Positions 27,690 to 42,399 of a DNA stretch of 64,000 nucleotides are shown piece by piece. The DNA is from Eledone cirrhosa (lineage: Eukaryota). The stretch is from positions 30,442,001 through 30,506,000 of the forward strand of contig OZ024746.1 in assembly GCA_964016885.1 (NCBI GenBank), read 5' to 3'. The translations under genes were made by a program, and so were the position numbers. The notes beneath the pieces were generated by a model that worked only from the letters and a program-made list of their open reading frames with translations, searched no databases and was not told the DNA's origin. Positions within the stretch are counted from its first letter, which is position 1. Each line of letters begins with the position of its first letter.

Positions 27690-27695
<6 letters not shown>
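27206..27695. mobile_element. Inverted-repeat element, HHR family 3 (Penelope pLTR-like)
   Basis: Arms 27266-27443 / 27517-27694; (TA)n on both sides; relatives at 18015-18094, 25425-25750 and 58160-58620. Confidence 0.75.
27499..27541 (+). ncRNA. Minimal hammerhead motif (family 3)
   Basis: GTCA-CTGAAGA-G-CTCACA(GAATG)TGTGAC-GAAA-GAAC-TT-TGAC. The closing pair of stem II is mutated here and intact in the 58515-58557 copy. Confidence 0.6.
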
Positions 27696-27730
<35 letters not shown>

Positions 27731-27787
27731 ATATATACATACATATTTATATATACATATATATTTATATACATATGTACATATATG

Positions 27788-27818
<31 letters not shown>

Positions 27819-27830
27819 GTGTATATCTAC

Positions 27831-27863
<33 letters not shown>

Positions 27864-27864
27864 A

Positions 27865-28260
27865 CAGTTATCTTCAAAAACAGAGAAAGGAATACTGACA
27901 ATCTCGGTGGTAAGGCATCTATTCAAAGACGCAAATAGAAACCCCAATTCCACAACAAACCAGAAGTCAACACCCAGTAGCAAATATTGACAGATGTACT
28001 ACCAGATCTCTTTCCAGTTCAACAATAGATACAACCACAGCTTAGATTAGAAAATAGCTAAGAACACATACCATGTGTTCAATTCAACACTTCCGGTTTT
28101 AAGAAAGCACTACTTTCAGATTCCACATTACCAGCACAATAACACAAACAGGAAATCCTACGCTTCCTCAACTCTTCTTTTGATGAAAGGAATTTCCCGA
28201 AATATTATAGACTATATAAAAACCACTAAAATATTCCAACAACTTTGTTGTTATTATTTT
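27865..28260 (+). pseudogene. Possible non-LTR retrotransposon ORF2 3' relic
   Basis: ...[10 protein letters not shown]...[15 protein letters not shown] loosely resembles LINE ORF2 C-termini; weak. Confidence 0.3.
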
Positions 28261-28331
28261 AAACATATATATATATATATAGAAATGGCTTCTACAGGAC
28301 TAGAACTGTTTCATGAAATTATCATCATCAT

Positions 28332-28407
<76 letters not shown>

Positions 28408-28412
28408 CATAC

Positions 28413-28462
<50 letters not shown>

Positions 28463-28601
28463 TAAAAGAGAAAACACAGGATCACAATAAGCAATTTTTT
28501 GCTTCTCTAACTATATATATATATATTAGGGTAAACATTGATGCAATTCAATTGAAGCACTCAACGTACTTTTTCCACATAGGAGTGACGGAGTAAATAT
28601 C

Positions 28602-28675
28602 GAATAAGGAAAAGCGAAGTAATTTCAGATGTTCAAGTCTTGAACATCTGAAACTACTTCGCTTTTCCTTATTCT
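28602..28675. repeat. Short near-perfect palindrome at the end of a TA-flanked insert (28525-28676)
   Basis: GAATAAGGAAAAGCGAAGTAATTTCAGATGTTCAAG..TTGAACATCTGAAACTACTTCGCTTTTCCTTATTC. Confidence 0.85.
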
Positions 28676-29541
28676 ATATATATATATATACATATATGGT
28701 GGACAAACCGAACATTACGGGTTATGTACTAGTACAATTAAACAACAACAGAATTCCTGTGACACTTCGCTTTATTATTTCTAACTTCATTAATTCTAAA
28801 GTTGCCAATTTTGAAATAATTAACGAGTAAAACGATGTAGAGCGGCCATTTTATTTGTTATTGTTTGTATGTGGTAATATGTTTTTCTCTTATTCTACAG
28901 TCTTTCTATTTATATACAATATTATATTAATAAACAATGGAACAAATAAGACTGACGCAACGTAAATTGCAATCTAAATGAAATACGCTATAAACTTTAA
29001 CTTGAGGCAAATTGTTTGTTTTTTAAACAACTATAGCAATTGTTTACAAATACGATCGAAAGCAAAACACAAAAAACACTGGAGGTAATTAGTTGCTAAC
29101 AATGATAACATGGTGTGTTAAATATCATTAAAAATAGAATAAAATAAAATAACATCTGGTTGATATAACAAACATTGGTAAATTTGTTAAATGAAGTCGT
29201 CCTAACGTAAATGACTATCGATCACTAAAAATAACATTTGAGAACATCGATTATAGAACCACTGGAGACACAAAGTACCCTCGGGATGGTAAATAGTCTT
29301 AGTGATGTAAAATGACCCTGGAGTGGTAAATACCTATGGGGATGTAAAATACCCCTGAAGGGGGAAAGACCTGTGATGTAAAGTATCCCTAGAGTGATAA
29401 ATACCCTTGTAGAGATAAAAATGCGAAATAATGCATTGGGACGACTACATATCAAATTTCAAAAGAAGTTATAAAATAAACATTGAAATTATAACAAATT
29501 CGTCCCAATCATTGAATGTTTACTAGCGGGTTTCTGAAAGA

Positions 29542-29950
29542 ATGTGGCTTAGTGGTTAGTGTGTTCATCTCGCGATCGTAAGTTCAATTCCCGCAGAAAG
29601 TAAATTGTGCCCTTGAGAAAAACACTTTATTTCACATTATTCCAGTCTATCTAACGGTTCAAAGGCCCGAATTTCTTATTCAGTGTGTCACGCTAAATCA
29701 CCCTGAGAACTACGTTAAGAGTACACGTGTCTGTGAAATGCTCACTCACTTACATTATAATACAGTATAATACACACTGGGTCACGCTGAATCTCCCTGA
29801 AACCTATGTTAATGATACACGTGCCTGTGGAATGTTCACCAACTTACACTATAATACGAAAGTGTCTGTGCCTTTAATTCAATGAGCCACACTTCTCACA
29901 CACTGGGTCACGCCGAATCTCGTGAAATCTACGTTTAATGGTGCATGTGA
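29542..29950 (+). mobile_element. SINE family 1 with internally triplicated 3' segment
   Basis: TGTGGCTTAGTGGTTAG A box, AGTTCAATTCC B box, TGTGCCCTTGAGAAAAACACTTTATTTCAC; GTCACGCT.AATC..CCTGA occurs three times. Confidence 0.65.
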
Positions 29951-30307
29951 CTTTGAATAATGATCGTAAACAATGAGGATGGATAGACAGATAGACAAAC
30001 AAACAGTGTCATTTCTCCAGTGTAAGATATAGATATATTAAGATATAGATATATTATGTAAAGAGATATGTTGTATATATGATGTATTCTCTCTACTGTG
30101 TATCTAATAAGATATAGATATATTCATTAAGCAGATATATTGGATATACGATGTATTCTCTCAAGTGTGTATCTAATACGATCCTCTCTACATAGAGATA
30201 AATTCAGAAACATTGCAATACGATTACTTATATTGTGTTAAAATGTGTTATATTGATAGAAAACATCTGATAGTTGCTGTACAGATATTAGACAAGTTAA
30301 TTGAAAA

Positions 30308-30327
30308 CTACAACAACGACGACGACG

Positions 30328-30360
<33 letters not shown>

Positions 30361-30420
30361 AAAACAACAACAACAACAACAAACAAACAACACCAACAAC
30401 ACCAACAAACAACAAAAACT
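30308..30420. repeat. (ACA)n/(ACG)n microsatellite
   Basis: Seen directly. Confidence 0.9.
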
Positions 30421-31294
30421 CAAGACAGATAAGATTTCCGTTTAATAAAGAGATTATTTATGGAACGGACGATCTTTGGTGTTGGCGAATTTTATTATGA
30501 AGAGTGACGGAAAAGTTAAGTGCAAGGAATAAGGTCCCAGCTGTAAAAAGCTGACAAAAGAAGCAGATGATAGTGTGAAAGAGATCTCTATATAGATTCC
30601 AATGTTCTGCTGAATGACAAAAGATTTGAATGAAAAGCTTAATAGTATCATCTTAACAAATTATAAGATCAAACAAAATAATACATAAAAGACATAAAGA
30701 GAGAAAAATCTGATAAAGATTTAAGATAAGAAAAATGGAAGACAAAAATATGACGGAATATTAGATTATCAGTTGACCAGAAACGTTTTGGTAATGGTGA
30801 TCTTATTTGTAATGATCAAGATCAAGGAAGGGGGTTAAATAATCAACAATGGCATGAAATGATATTCTGGCAAAGATTAATGAGGGGAAAGTTAAGACCT
30901 CGTTTGGCGATAGACAAAAGCGTGAAAAAAGTTGTAATTACACAGCAGATGATGGATAATTGGCTAAACCGGAAAAAATTACAAGTGGTGTGTTGTAGAC
31001 GATTTCAAGTCTGAAGTATGTTCAATGTATACATACGTCGTAAGATAGTTAACAAAATACACGAAAAGAAAGGTTTACAATACACTACTGAACAATGCAC
31101 ATAAGATTGGAAATATAAAAGCAACAAAATCGAGTGAAGAAACAAAGAGGTGACATTGATTGGAGAAGAGGAGGACAGAGAATGAACTATTATCAAGGGG
31201 TCCGAAAGGGGCCTCGAAAATTATTAGAGAAAGGCCCTTTCTAAACATGTGCATGACTCTTGCTGGAGCCACATGCACACACACACACACACAT

Positions 31295-31344
<50 letters not shown>

Positions 31345-31348
<4 letters not shown>

Positions 31349-31517
31349 CGGATAAAATTCCTGAGATACATGGACAACTTCTCTCCAGCGGTCTCTGTCC
31401 CTCATTATCGCTGCCATGTCCTGCTTCTCCAACAGACCAGTGTCTGTCCTTAGGGCATCAACATACGTTAACCTTGGTCTTCCTCTTCTAGTGTGTCCAT
31501 GTAGGGGCTCCCAGGGT

Positions 31518-31520
<3 letters not shown>
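31345..31520 (-). pseudogene. 5'-truncated RTE-type LINE 3' end inserted in (TA)n
   Basis: WEPLHGHTRRGRPRLTYVDALRTDTGL...MRDRDRWR matches the RTE C-terminal G.R.RGRP...DR..WR signature. Confidence 0.7.
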
Positions 31521-31558
<38 letters not shown>

Positions 31559-31964
31559 TTTAGATCTATCTTTGCACATGTAAGCTCGCATATCTGAAGA
31601 GATGTCGAAAAAGCGTCGGAACTTTCACCTTGATTGTGACCTGAGCTGATCGATATAGAAACAATTGTAATATGCAAATAAAGTTTGCATATATACTTCA
31701 ACACTGATTTCAACTCTTTTAAATCTATTTACACTCTGCACCCTACAGCCGTGACACTGGAATACAACCCCAAACGATACAGACCTCGTAACAACATTGA
31801 GTGCTTCAAACGGTGCACCGCCTGTAACTATTGTTACACACCTAACTAACATATTATATAGTGTGTGTGTGTGTGTGCCTTTGTGTGTATGTGTGTGTAA
31901 ATATGGATGTATATATATATAATATTTATTATTATCATTGTTACTATTACTATTATTATTATTA

Positions 31965-32757
31965 TTCCAGCATAGTTACGTCCCTTTACGGTCTGAGTTC
32001 AAATCCCGCCGAGGTTAACTTTGCCTTTCATCCTTACGGGGTCGATAAAATAAAGTACCAGTAATGTACTGGGTAATTGATGGCCTTGTGCCAAAAGTAG
32101 AAACAATTATTATTATTATCATATGGAAATGGCGGTGGATTGGCAGTATCGGTAGAGGGTCGGACGCCATGCTTTCCAGCATAGTTACGTCCCTTTACGG
32201 ACTGAGTTCAAATCCCGCCGAGGTTAACTTTGCCTTTCATCCTTACGGGGTCGATAAAATAAAGTACCAGTAATGTACTGGGTAATTGATGGCCTTGTGC
32301 CAAAAGTAGAAACAATTATTATTATTATCATATGGAAATGGCGGTGGATTGGCAGTATCGGTAGAGGGTCGGACGCCATGCTTTCCAGCATAGTTACGTC
32401 CCTTTACGGACTGAGTTCAAATCCCGCCGAGGTTAACTTTGCCTTTCATCCTTACGGGGTCGATAAAATAAAGTACCAGTAATGTACTGGGTAATTGATG
32501 GCCTTGTGCCAAAAGTAGAAACAATTATTATTATTATCATATGGAAATGGCGGTGGATTGGCAGTATCGGTAGAGGGTCGGACGCCATGCTTTCCAGCAT
32601 AGTTACGTCCCTTTACGGACTGAGTTCAAATCCCGCCGAGGTTGACTTTGCCTTTCATACTTACGGGGTCGATAAAATAAAGTACCAGTAATGTACTGGA
32701 TAATTGCTGGCCTTGTGCCTAAAGTAGAAACAATTATTATTATTATCATATGGAAAT
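31965..32757 (+). mobile_element. Tandem array of SINE family 2 (209-bp period, ~3.8 units)
   Basis: ORF starts 32064, 32273 and 32482 give the period. Each unit has an A box, a GAGTTCAAATCC B box, the central domain and an (ATT)n tail. Confidence 0.85.
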
Positions 32758-33079
32758 ACAAGTTTCAAATTCAATTTAAATTCCTATTAATAAATTTAAA
32801 AAATGATACATAAAAATCACCTGCCGCACTAGCGTGATTAATTTCAATAACCAGCGAGCTCAGCCTTGTGTAGAAGAGAAATTAATACATTTATTATATA
32901 TATTCATAAAGTATACATTTTTCCTTGAATTCACTAAATATTTTTCCTATACTCAGTTAAGTATCTGACATTTATTTTTCAAGTGTTTTTGCTACACTCT
33001 TTATAATTGCTCTTCATATATATACATTCAGTCAGTCACTATTTTGTAATTTCCTGTCACTTCTTATATAAGGATCTAT

Positions 33080-33476
33080 TACCACCACCACCACCACCAT
33101 CACGACATACACCACCAACAGCACCAACACCAACGCCCCCAACTATAACACCACCAACAACAACTCCATCATCATCGTCACTACCATCATTATGACCACC
33201 ACCAATAACACTACCATCATCACTACCATTATCATCACCGCCGCCATCATCTCTACTTTCAATACTACCACCACTAATGACACCACCACCACCAACACCA
33301 CTACCACCACCACCACCACCACTATCATCACCATCATCACCACTAATGACACCACCAACACCACCACCACCACCACCACCACCACCACCACTATCATCAC
33401 CAACATCACCACTAATGACACTGCCACCACCATCACCACCATCATCACTACCATTATTATTACCATCGCCAATGAC

Positions 33477-33507
<31 letters not shown>

Positions 33508-33584
33508 CTACCACCGCCCACAACACTGCCACCACCATCACCACCATCATCACTACCATTATTATTACCATCGCCAATGACACC

Positions 33585-33616
<32 letters not shown>

Positions 33617-33905
33617 CACTACCACCGCCCACAACACTGCCACCACCATCACCACCATCATCACTACCATTATTATTACCATCGCCAATGACACCACCAC
33701 CACCAACACCATCAACAACAACACTACCACCGCCAACAACACTGCCATCACCATCACCACCATCATCACTACCATTATTATTACCATCACCAATGACACC
33801 ACCAACAACAACACTACCACCGCCAACAACACTGCCACCACCATCAACACCACTAATGATACCACGACCACCATCACCATCAACACCACCATCATCACCA
33901 CAATC
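33080..33905. repeat. (CAC/CAT/CAA)n low-complexity tract with ~110-120-bp higher-order duplications
   Basis: Seen directly; open in several frames on both strands. Confidence 0.85.
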
Positions 33906-34191
33906 ATTTCAAATTTACTCCGGAACTTTGTTTTGTTTTGTCATTAACATTTAGCAATTGTTATGTTCACTGACAACAGCTGCGTTTTTAAATGTTAATG
34001 AAGATTTATGTAGATGTTGGAATGGACTGCATTGTAGAAAACTACATGGTCACGGGTTTGATATCACCCTCAGGCACTCGGTGCTACTACGTTGTACCCC
34101 AGCTTCGAGTGGATAGGTATCTCCGGAGTAGTATTTAGTATTCCGCACATTTTGTAGTCAAAGCACTGTGGATCATGTATGAAGTGTTTGC

Positions 34192-34310
34192 ATGAAGAAG
34201 GGCTTATGCCCGAAACGTCGTCCCCCACCTACCCCCCACTCTCCTGAGCGTGAATTTAATAAACATTTATCGTACTGCCTCTCTGTTCTGTCCCTGTTCA
34301 ATTTTTCATT
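34192..34310 (+). mobile_element. Penelope pLTR-like fragment with partial HHR core
   Basis: ATGAAGA-A-GGGC(TTAT)GCCC-GAAA-CGTC, followed by AATAAA and a TA run. First core base mutated and no stem I. Confidence 0.4.
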
Positions 34311-34574
34311 ATATATATATATATATATATATATGCAAAAGTTCTATTTAAAATTGTTGGGATACAACAAGTAAATATTTTTATAACTGATATAAAGCAT
34401 AACTTCCAAAAACAATGGTTGCATTTTAATAGGGTCCATCAAAGCTTATTTGTAAAACTGTTATATATTGTATTTTGTCTGATGAAGGCATACCATAATT
34501 TAATTTGGTATCCCTGAAATATGTATAATGAAATAAATATGGTTTTATAAATATAGTTTCCATTTATTAATATC

Positions 34575-34614
<40 letters not shown>

Positions 34615-34701
34615 TTAGGTTAATAGGAGTTAGGTTACGTAAGGAAGAAACATTGTTAGCCAATAAAAATCTTTTGATGTTGTAGACGCTCTTGTGTTCT
34701 T

Positions 34702-34761
<60 letters not shown>

Positions 34762-34762
<1 letters not shown>

Positions 34763-34865
34763 ATTTATTAAAATAACAGATTAAAGTTTAAGCAAAGAAT
34801 CGCTGCTTTCACCCTTAACGGGATCTTCTTTGCTTAAACTTTAATCTGTTATTTTAATAAATATT
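34762..34865. repeat. ~38-bp inverted repeat with 26-bp spacer at the edge of (TA)n
   Basis: TATTTATTAAAATAACAGATTAAAGTTTAAGCAAAGAA ... TTCTTTGCTTAAACTTTAATCTGTTATTTTAATAAATA. Confidence 0.85.
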
Positions 34866-34949
34866 TGCTCTACGGTTCTTATATATTTGATATATATTTT
34901 CCTTATCGAGCCCTCTTTGGATTTTAGTCTTCAATTTTATTATTATTAC

Positions 34950-35920
<971 letters not shown>

Positions 35921-36011
35921 TAACAAGCCGAAATCGCTGAACTCACGGTCAATCCTCTCATACCACGTATCGAGTAAGGTGCCAGTATCGCAGATTATCA
36001 ATATGTATATG

Positions 36012-36067
<56 letters not shown>

Positions 36068-37764
36068 CGTATGTGTGGGTGTGGATGTGGGGTGTAATTA
36101 GAGAAAGATTAACCAAAGATATATATCAAATTAACAACATTTAATTGTGTTTGAGGCGAGTTGTAAATGATTGACGGTTCTTTATGTATATACTATTATA
36201 TGTTTTATATATATATATATATGTTGGTATCGTTATTTAAAGCTTAAGGTTTTAGATCTTATCGTGTAGGTTAGCATGTGGTGTAGTATATCGAAGGGAA
36301 AGTGTATACCGCGCTGTAGGAGATATAGATAAGCTTTGGGTGAAAATATTGATTAATAGGGGTTATATTTAGAGGATGTTTGTAACGTTTTATGTTGAAA
36401 ATTGAAGATCTTGTTGTATCTGGAGTTTAATATGTCGTTTCGAGTCTTGATCTCCAATATTTCGTCTGAGTAAAGCTCACAATCCCGTCGGTCTCTCCAA
36501 TCAGCTCTTACGGCTCGTAGAATTGATTGTGAAATTTTGTCAATTTTACTCTGTTTTAATCGCCAGATCTTTTCGCTATCTCGGTTGATTTTTGTTGGTT
36601 ATATGTGTGTAACTCCTGAGAAAGTTGTCAGGGCGCCGTATTGACATACAGCGTTTCTATGGCATTTTAAAACCTAACGGAGCCCATCACTCTCCAGAGC
36701 CCATCACACTCCAGAGAATCATAGTGAGAGAATGGAAGTCAGAGAGAGATGTAGATGAAGAATCGACCCCAGTACTAGACTGGTAATTTTTTTATCTCCC
36801 TCGAATGGATGAAAGGCAAAGTTTACCATGGGTCTACATATAGACACTTTTTAAAACAACATTGAGGTTGTTCCAATATATTTTTATGTATCCGAGATCG
36901 GATTAATCTCGCACTTATATATTATATCTCCATGCAAAGATTTTCCTTTTTGATTGCATTGTCACAATGTATGACAAGACTATCATTTGAATTACATGCA
37001 CAAGTCATTTGTTTCCAATTGAGTGAAATGTACCAACGTGAAATAAAGTATCTTGTTCAAAGGCACAACGCACCTTAGAGAATCAAAACCACTGCTTTTC
37101 AATCGTTAGCCGAAAGACCTAAGCCAGGCGCCATCCTCTCTTTCCTACGGACTAAACAACATTAATTTAAGAATTTAACTTTGTATCAGACCTTTCTGAT
37201 ACCTTCAATGGCGGAATTTCTGCATTGATCTCCATTATTCATACTAAAAGTTATTTTCAATATTTTTTCTATGAAGACAACAGTCAGTTTCTATTCAATG
37301 AGAATCGATTTTAAGTACATTTCGTTTTAAACATGTTTCCTTTTTATTGTCCATGATAAAAAAAAAAAACACTCGCAAAATGCCACGCAGTGTGATAGAA
37401 CCTGATAATTCACAATTGCAGGACTTTTTTTTTACATGCACTACATGAGGAAGTTTACACCGCCATGGTGAAAGCCTCTATTAACTGCCACGACAAAAGG
37501 TGACATGTTGAATATTGTTTTTGTCGAATGATTTTCAGAAGAAAAAATGTCAAAATAAATAAAATAAGACAACTCAAATGAAATTATTCAGACAGGAGAT
37601 TCAGAGATAAACATGAAGTTATAAACAAACTCAAGTTTCATTTAGTTTGGAGCGGGGGGAAATCAGCAAGAAAAAAGACACTTGAATCGCAAACAAATTG
37701 AAATCCAGGAGCAATGCGTCCATATATAACATATATAATTATATATTTGCGCTAACGGACACAG

Positions 37765-37815
<51 letters not shown>

Positions 37816-37823
37816 CATGAATT

Positions 37824-37859
<36 letters not shown>

Positions 37860-38094
37860 CATATATACAAACATACATAAATATAAAATCTAATAAGAAG
37901 AGCTAAGAAACCACACACCATAACATACGCTAAGAAGCAGTAAAATACAGGCTAATTAGATAAAATAAGAAGGAATGCAATATGTACTGTGACGGTAGAT
38001 ATGCTACACAAAATATGTTGTTTCTGTTGTTGTTACTGTTGTTGTTGCTATTGCTGTTGTTGTTGTTGTTGTCGGCCTTGTTGTTGTTGGATCT

Positions 38095-38690
38095 CCGTTG
38101 GTTTCGACGACGAGTGTTCCAGTTGTATGGCAAAAGGATGAGCCTGCTCGTGAAATTAACGTGCATGTAGATGAGTGTTTCACACAGACATACACCCTTA
38201 ACCTATTCCTTAGAGTGTGACAAGACATATCTTGGAATTAAAGGCACAGTCAATCTAGTAGTATAGAGTAAGTGGTTGAGCATTCCACAAACTCTTGCAC
38301 GCTTAACCTAGTTTTCAAAGTGATTCAGCGAGACACAGTTTGTGACGGAGCGGACCCTTTCAATTATACGCGCAATCCATCTTGTATTATATCAGAATTC
38401 AGTGCGACACAGTTTATGACTAGACGGGTCTTTCAGCTACAGGTACAGTCGCTCTTCTGTTATATCACAATTCAGTGTGACACAGTTTGTGATATGGCTA
38501 GTCCTTTGAATTACATTTACAGTCTATCTGCTATTATATTGCGATAGAGCGTGACACAGTTTATGACGAGACTAGTCTTTGAATTGCAGGATTTTTCCAA
38601 CTGAGTGGAGTTGGGTAATGTGAAATAAACTATCTTGCTGCACGACACAACGTGAGCCAAACACTCTAACCACAAAGCCACGTTTCTTCA
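38095..38690 (-). mobile_element. SINE family 1 with tandemly amplified internal ~60-bp segment
   Basis: ATTCAG(C/T)G(A/T/C)GACACAGTTT(G/A)TGA occurs about four times; GTGAAATAAACTATCTTGC core and CTAACCACAAAGCCAC head on the minus strand. Confidence 0.55.
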
Positions 38691-38842
38691 CACACAAGAT
38701 ATAGAAGAGAAAGAGACAAGAGACATATCAATGGAATGAAGAGAGGACAGGTACAAGGGAGATAAACGATTGTAACTAACAGTGTAATGGAATATTGGAA
38801 CAATATCTATAAAAATGGGGGGACATACATCTCTCTGTCTCT

Positions 38843-38869
<27 letters not shown>

Positions 38870-38883
<14 letters not shown>

Positions 38884-39892
38884 TGAAGTTCCTGTCTGTT
38901 TGTTTGTTTGTTATATATAAAGTTGAAGCTCCTGTCTGTTTGTTTGTTTGTTATATATATATAAAGTTGAAGTTCCCGTCTGTTTGTTTGTTTGTTTGTT
39001 CACGAACTCCTCCCGTGGTTTTGGCGATAGACCCCCATAACCATATATATTCTGAAACTACATTGCCCAGGGTACTTGGATAAATATATTTCATTTTAAT
39101 CAAAGAGTTCCCCGGGAGCACAAACCCCCGCTGAAAATGTTTCCCTTCAATTTATATGAAATTTAAAGGTAAATGACAAGATATGGTGCCTATTCACAGA
39201 ATTTCAGCAAATTTCAATAATATTAAGACACCCTAATGGGTTTTAAACCCCCTATAGTGAAATATTTGGCCAATAAATGAAACAAGATGTGTTGTAACAA
39301 GATTGCATGAGAACTTGATTGAAGTAACCATCATTCCGATGATTCCACTTATACCAAGTGATAGCGAGTTACCTTTTACATTTAAGAGGTTGCAGTTCCC
39401 AGTGAGGCCATGCTTTGCCATAAGCATCAATAAGAGGCAAGGGCAAACTTTCAAAACTATTGGTATAGATCTGACAAACCCATGTTTCAGTCATGACATG
39501 TTTTATGTGGCTGTTTCAAGGACTGGAGCTTCAAAAAGTCTCTACATTTTAGCCAAGAAAGACAAGAAATGTTATTTACCCTGAAGTTCTTCTTTAAATT
39601 TCTAATTTGAAAATAATGCTCTACACAAAAATGAAATGTTCAAATTTTGAATTGATAATTTGAAAAAGATTATTTACAAGAAACAAAATAAGAATAAGAT
39701 ATAATAATGTAATTTTGATTTGATATATTATAAAAGATAATGTTTTCCAATTTTTCATGCATTACATTTTACATTGACTAATATTGAAATGCAGATTTTT
39801 TCTCCATAAATTATATCACTGATTTAAGATCAATCATAATTTTCTTACAAAAAAAATGTGTGATACGCAGGGAGGCGCGGGTAATTCGGCTA

Positions 39893-39893
<1 letters not shown>
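38870..39893 (+). mobile_element. Non-autonomous Helitron with Pif1-like helicase remnant
   Basis: 39303-39584 encodes IPLIPSDSELPFTFKRLQFPVRPCFAISINKRQGQT...PCFSHDMFYVAVSR (Helitron helicase C-terminus). The 3' end has a GC-rich subterminal segment then CTAG|T at 39890-39893. The 5' motif TATATAAAGTTGAAG occurs three times. Confidence 0.85.
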
Positions 39894-39961
<68 letters not shown>

Positions 39962-40369
39962 GAAGATAGGCGAGAGTAAATATAGTAGATAGAAGAGAAA
40001 GTACATATTAGTCATGTGTGTGTCGTTGAGTGTGTGCGTGCGCATATGTGGTTGTTTGTGTGTTCTATGTGTGTCTGTATATGCGGGGAGCGTCTGGGAA
40101 TATGTCGAGGGATCTATACCAATGGCCGGCTTACATCATCTAAATAAAACCAAATCTAGTACGACCTTCCTTCATAAATAAATTGATGGATTATGTCGCC
40201 ATAAAACCTGTATTAATGCTAACAACTGGAGCGCTGAAGACGAAAGCACAAATGTTTAGCTTACATTAGCAAATAGGCATTTGTATATACATATATATGT
40301 ATATGTGTATATATATATATATACATATACACACACACACAAACATATATATATGTATGTGTGTGTTTG

Positions 40370-40425
<56 letters not shown>

Positions 40426-40578
40426 AAGAGAAAGTGAGAGAGAGAGAGAGAGCAGGTCTAATTTTTAGCCTACATTGCCAAACAAACATATACCATCACT
40501 AGTCATATATCAAAATACATTTACTTTTTTCTCTCTTGCCTTTTTTTTTTTTTCTTTTCTGTGTTGCAAATATGTACA

Positions 40579-40648
<70 letters not shown>

Positions 40649-40690
40649 GCATGTATGTGTAATTATGTATATACGTATGTATGTATGTAT

Positions 40691-41294
40691 GTACTGGTAA
40701 TATGTATCCCAGTACAACCTGTCTCATGGTCGGGTCGTTGGCGACTAAACTGGCAACCCCACCAAGGTTTCTTGGTGAGGAGGGTGACTTTGGACATCCT
40801 GCAGGACTAAAAACAAAACCTGTCAAAGGCAAAGGAGCTCTTAAGAGTCAATGGCTATCCAAAATCACCGGGAGAGATTACCTGTTAGCCTTTGTCAAGG
40901 CAGAATTCTAGGAGAAGGAAAACTCTCATATAACACCTGCAACCCTGATGGTATCCAATGATATTGACTTGTTCTTCTTTTTGGTAAATATCATCTTGGT
41001 TAAGAGAGTGGGACTGGCTTTGTGCAGTGCCTTTGCTCACTATAAAAGTTTCACGGCACAGGCATTGCTTTATATCTGGAGATCTCTCTGCACGTGTCGT
41101 CACATGGTACCATGTGCCCAGCACTATGTGTCAATAATTGTCACAAGTGTAGTGTTTGTACCAGAGTTTTCAAGTCGCTGGCTTGACTAAAAAGTCACAC
41201 TCGTTCAGCGCATCGGTAGGGGTTCTCCTACATGGATATAAAGTAGTGGCCGTACTCGAAAACGAGTTGGCAGCCACCATGTATGTATGTATGT
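40691..41294 (+). mobile_element. ~600-bp non-autonomous RTE-like retroposon with (ATGT)n tail
   Basis: Highly similar to 48594-49204 (minus). Contains TCTAGGAGAAGGAAAACTCT, a motif I recall from RTE 5' UTRs. (TATG)n on both sides. Confidence 0.65.
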
Positions 41295-41656
41295 AAATAT
41301 ACATATTTGCATGTGACGAAAATGTCTCTATTCATTTATGAATATTCGAATTCTATCCAATAGTACACAAAACATTTCCTCTCTAGATGCATGTGTACAC
41401 TGTCTATCAGAAAACACATACACACTATACGCACACTCATATATTACACAAATCACACACGCACATATACACACATATATATATATATATATACATGCAT
41501 ATATATATATAATGATATCATTTATGATATTCATGCAATTATGTATTCTATACAGTCTCCCATCAATCCGAGTGTATATACGTATATTGTCCAGTATATA
41601 TATATTTATCCGCATGGGTCCATTTACATTCTTATTCATATATGCACATATATTCA

Positions 41657-41715
<59 letters not shown>

Positions 41716-41784
41716 TATATATATATATATATGAATATAATATATATATATATATGAATATATATATATATATGAACATATCTA

Positions 41785-41824
<40 letters not shown>

Positions 41825-41869
41825 TATAATATATATATATATGAATATATATATATGAACATATCTATA

Positions 41870-41952
<83 letters not shown>

Positions 41953-42277
41953 TCATATATGCACATATATTCCAGAAAAAGACAAAGTGGCTTTCTTTGT
42001 TAGACATCTCTATAGCCATTGCTAAGTATATTCCATTTGCTACCCAAACACACACACTCACACACACAAACACCCCCCCCCCACACACACAACACACACA
42101 CTCATAAAGATACTCGCACGTGGACACACCAGACAGAAACACAGTTACACACACACACACAGGGAACACATGATAATGGTCGCAAAAAAATAGGAAACTC
42201 ACTGGCATACACAAACACACAGAGACACATGCAAACTGCGGAACAAATACACACAGATAACATAGACATATATTAAC

Positions 42278-42318
<41 letters not shown>

Positions 42319-42399
42319 AGAAAATACACACAAGACACACTGTCACACATGTAAATCTTTTGTATCCATATTACAGCAGACATCTTTAATTTAATATAT

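Noticed and set aside
30455-31200. Complex purine-rich segment, possible decayed ORF
   Set aside because: Stops in the frames I examined and no motif I can recognise.
33057-33954. Mucin-, extensin- or Gly-rich protein ORFs
   Set aside because: A triplet-repeat tract open in many frames on both strands, with no unique coding flanks.
36240-36660. Penelope ORF relic on minus strand (..IF....ISYS..)
   Set aside because: Similarity is too faint to support without a search.
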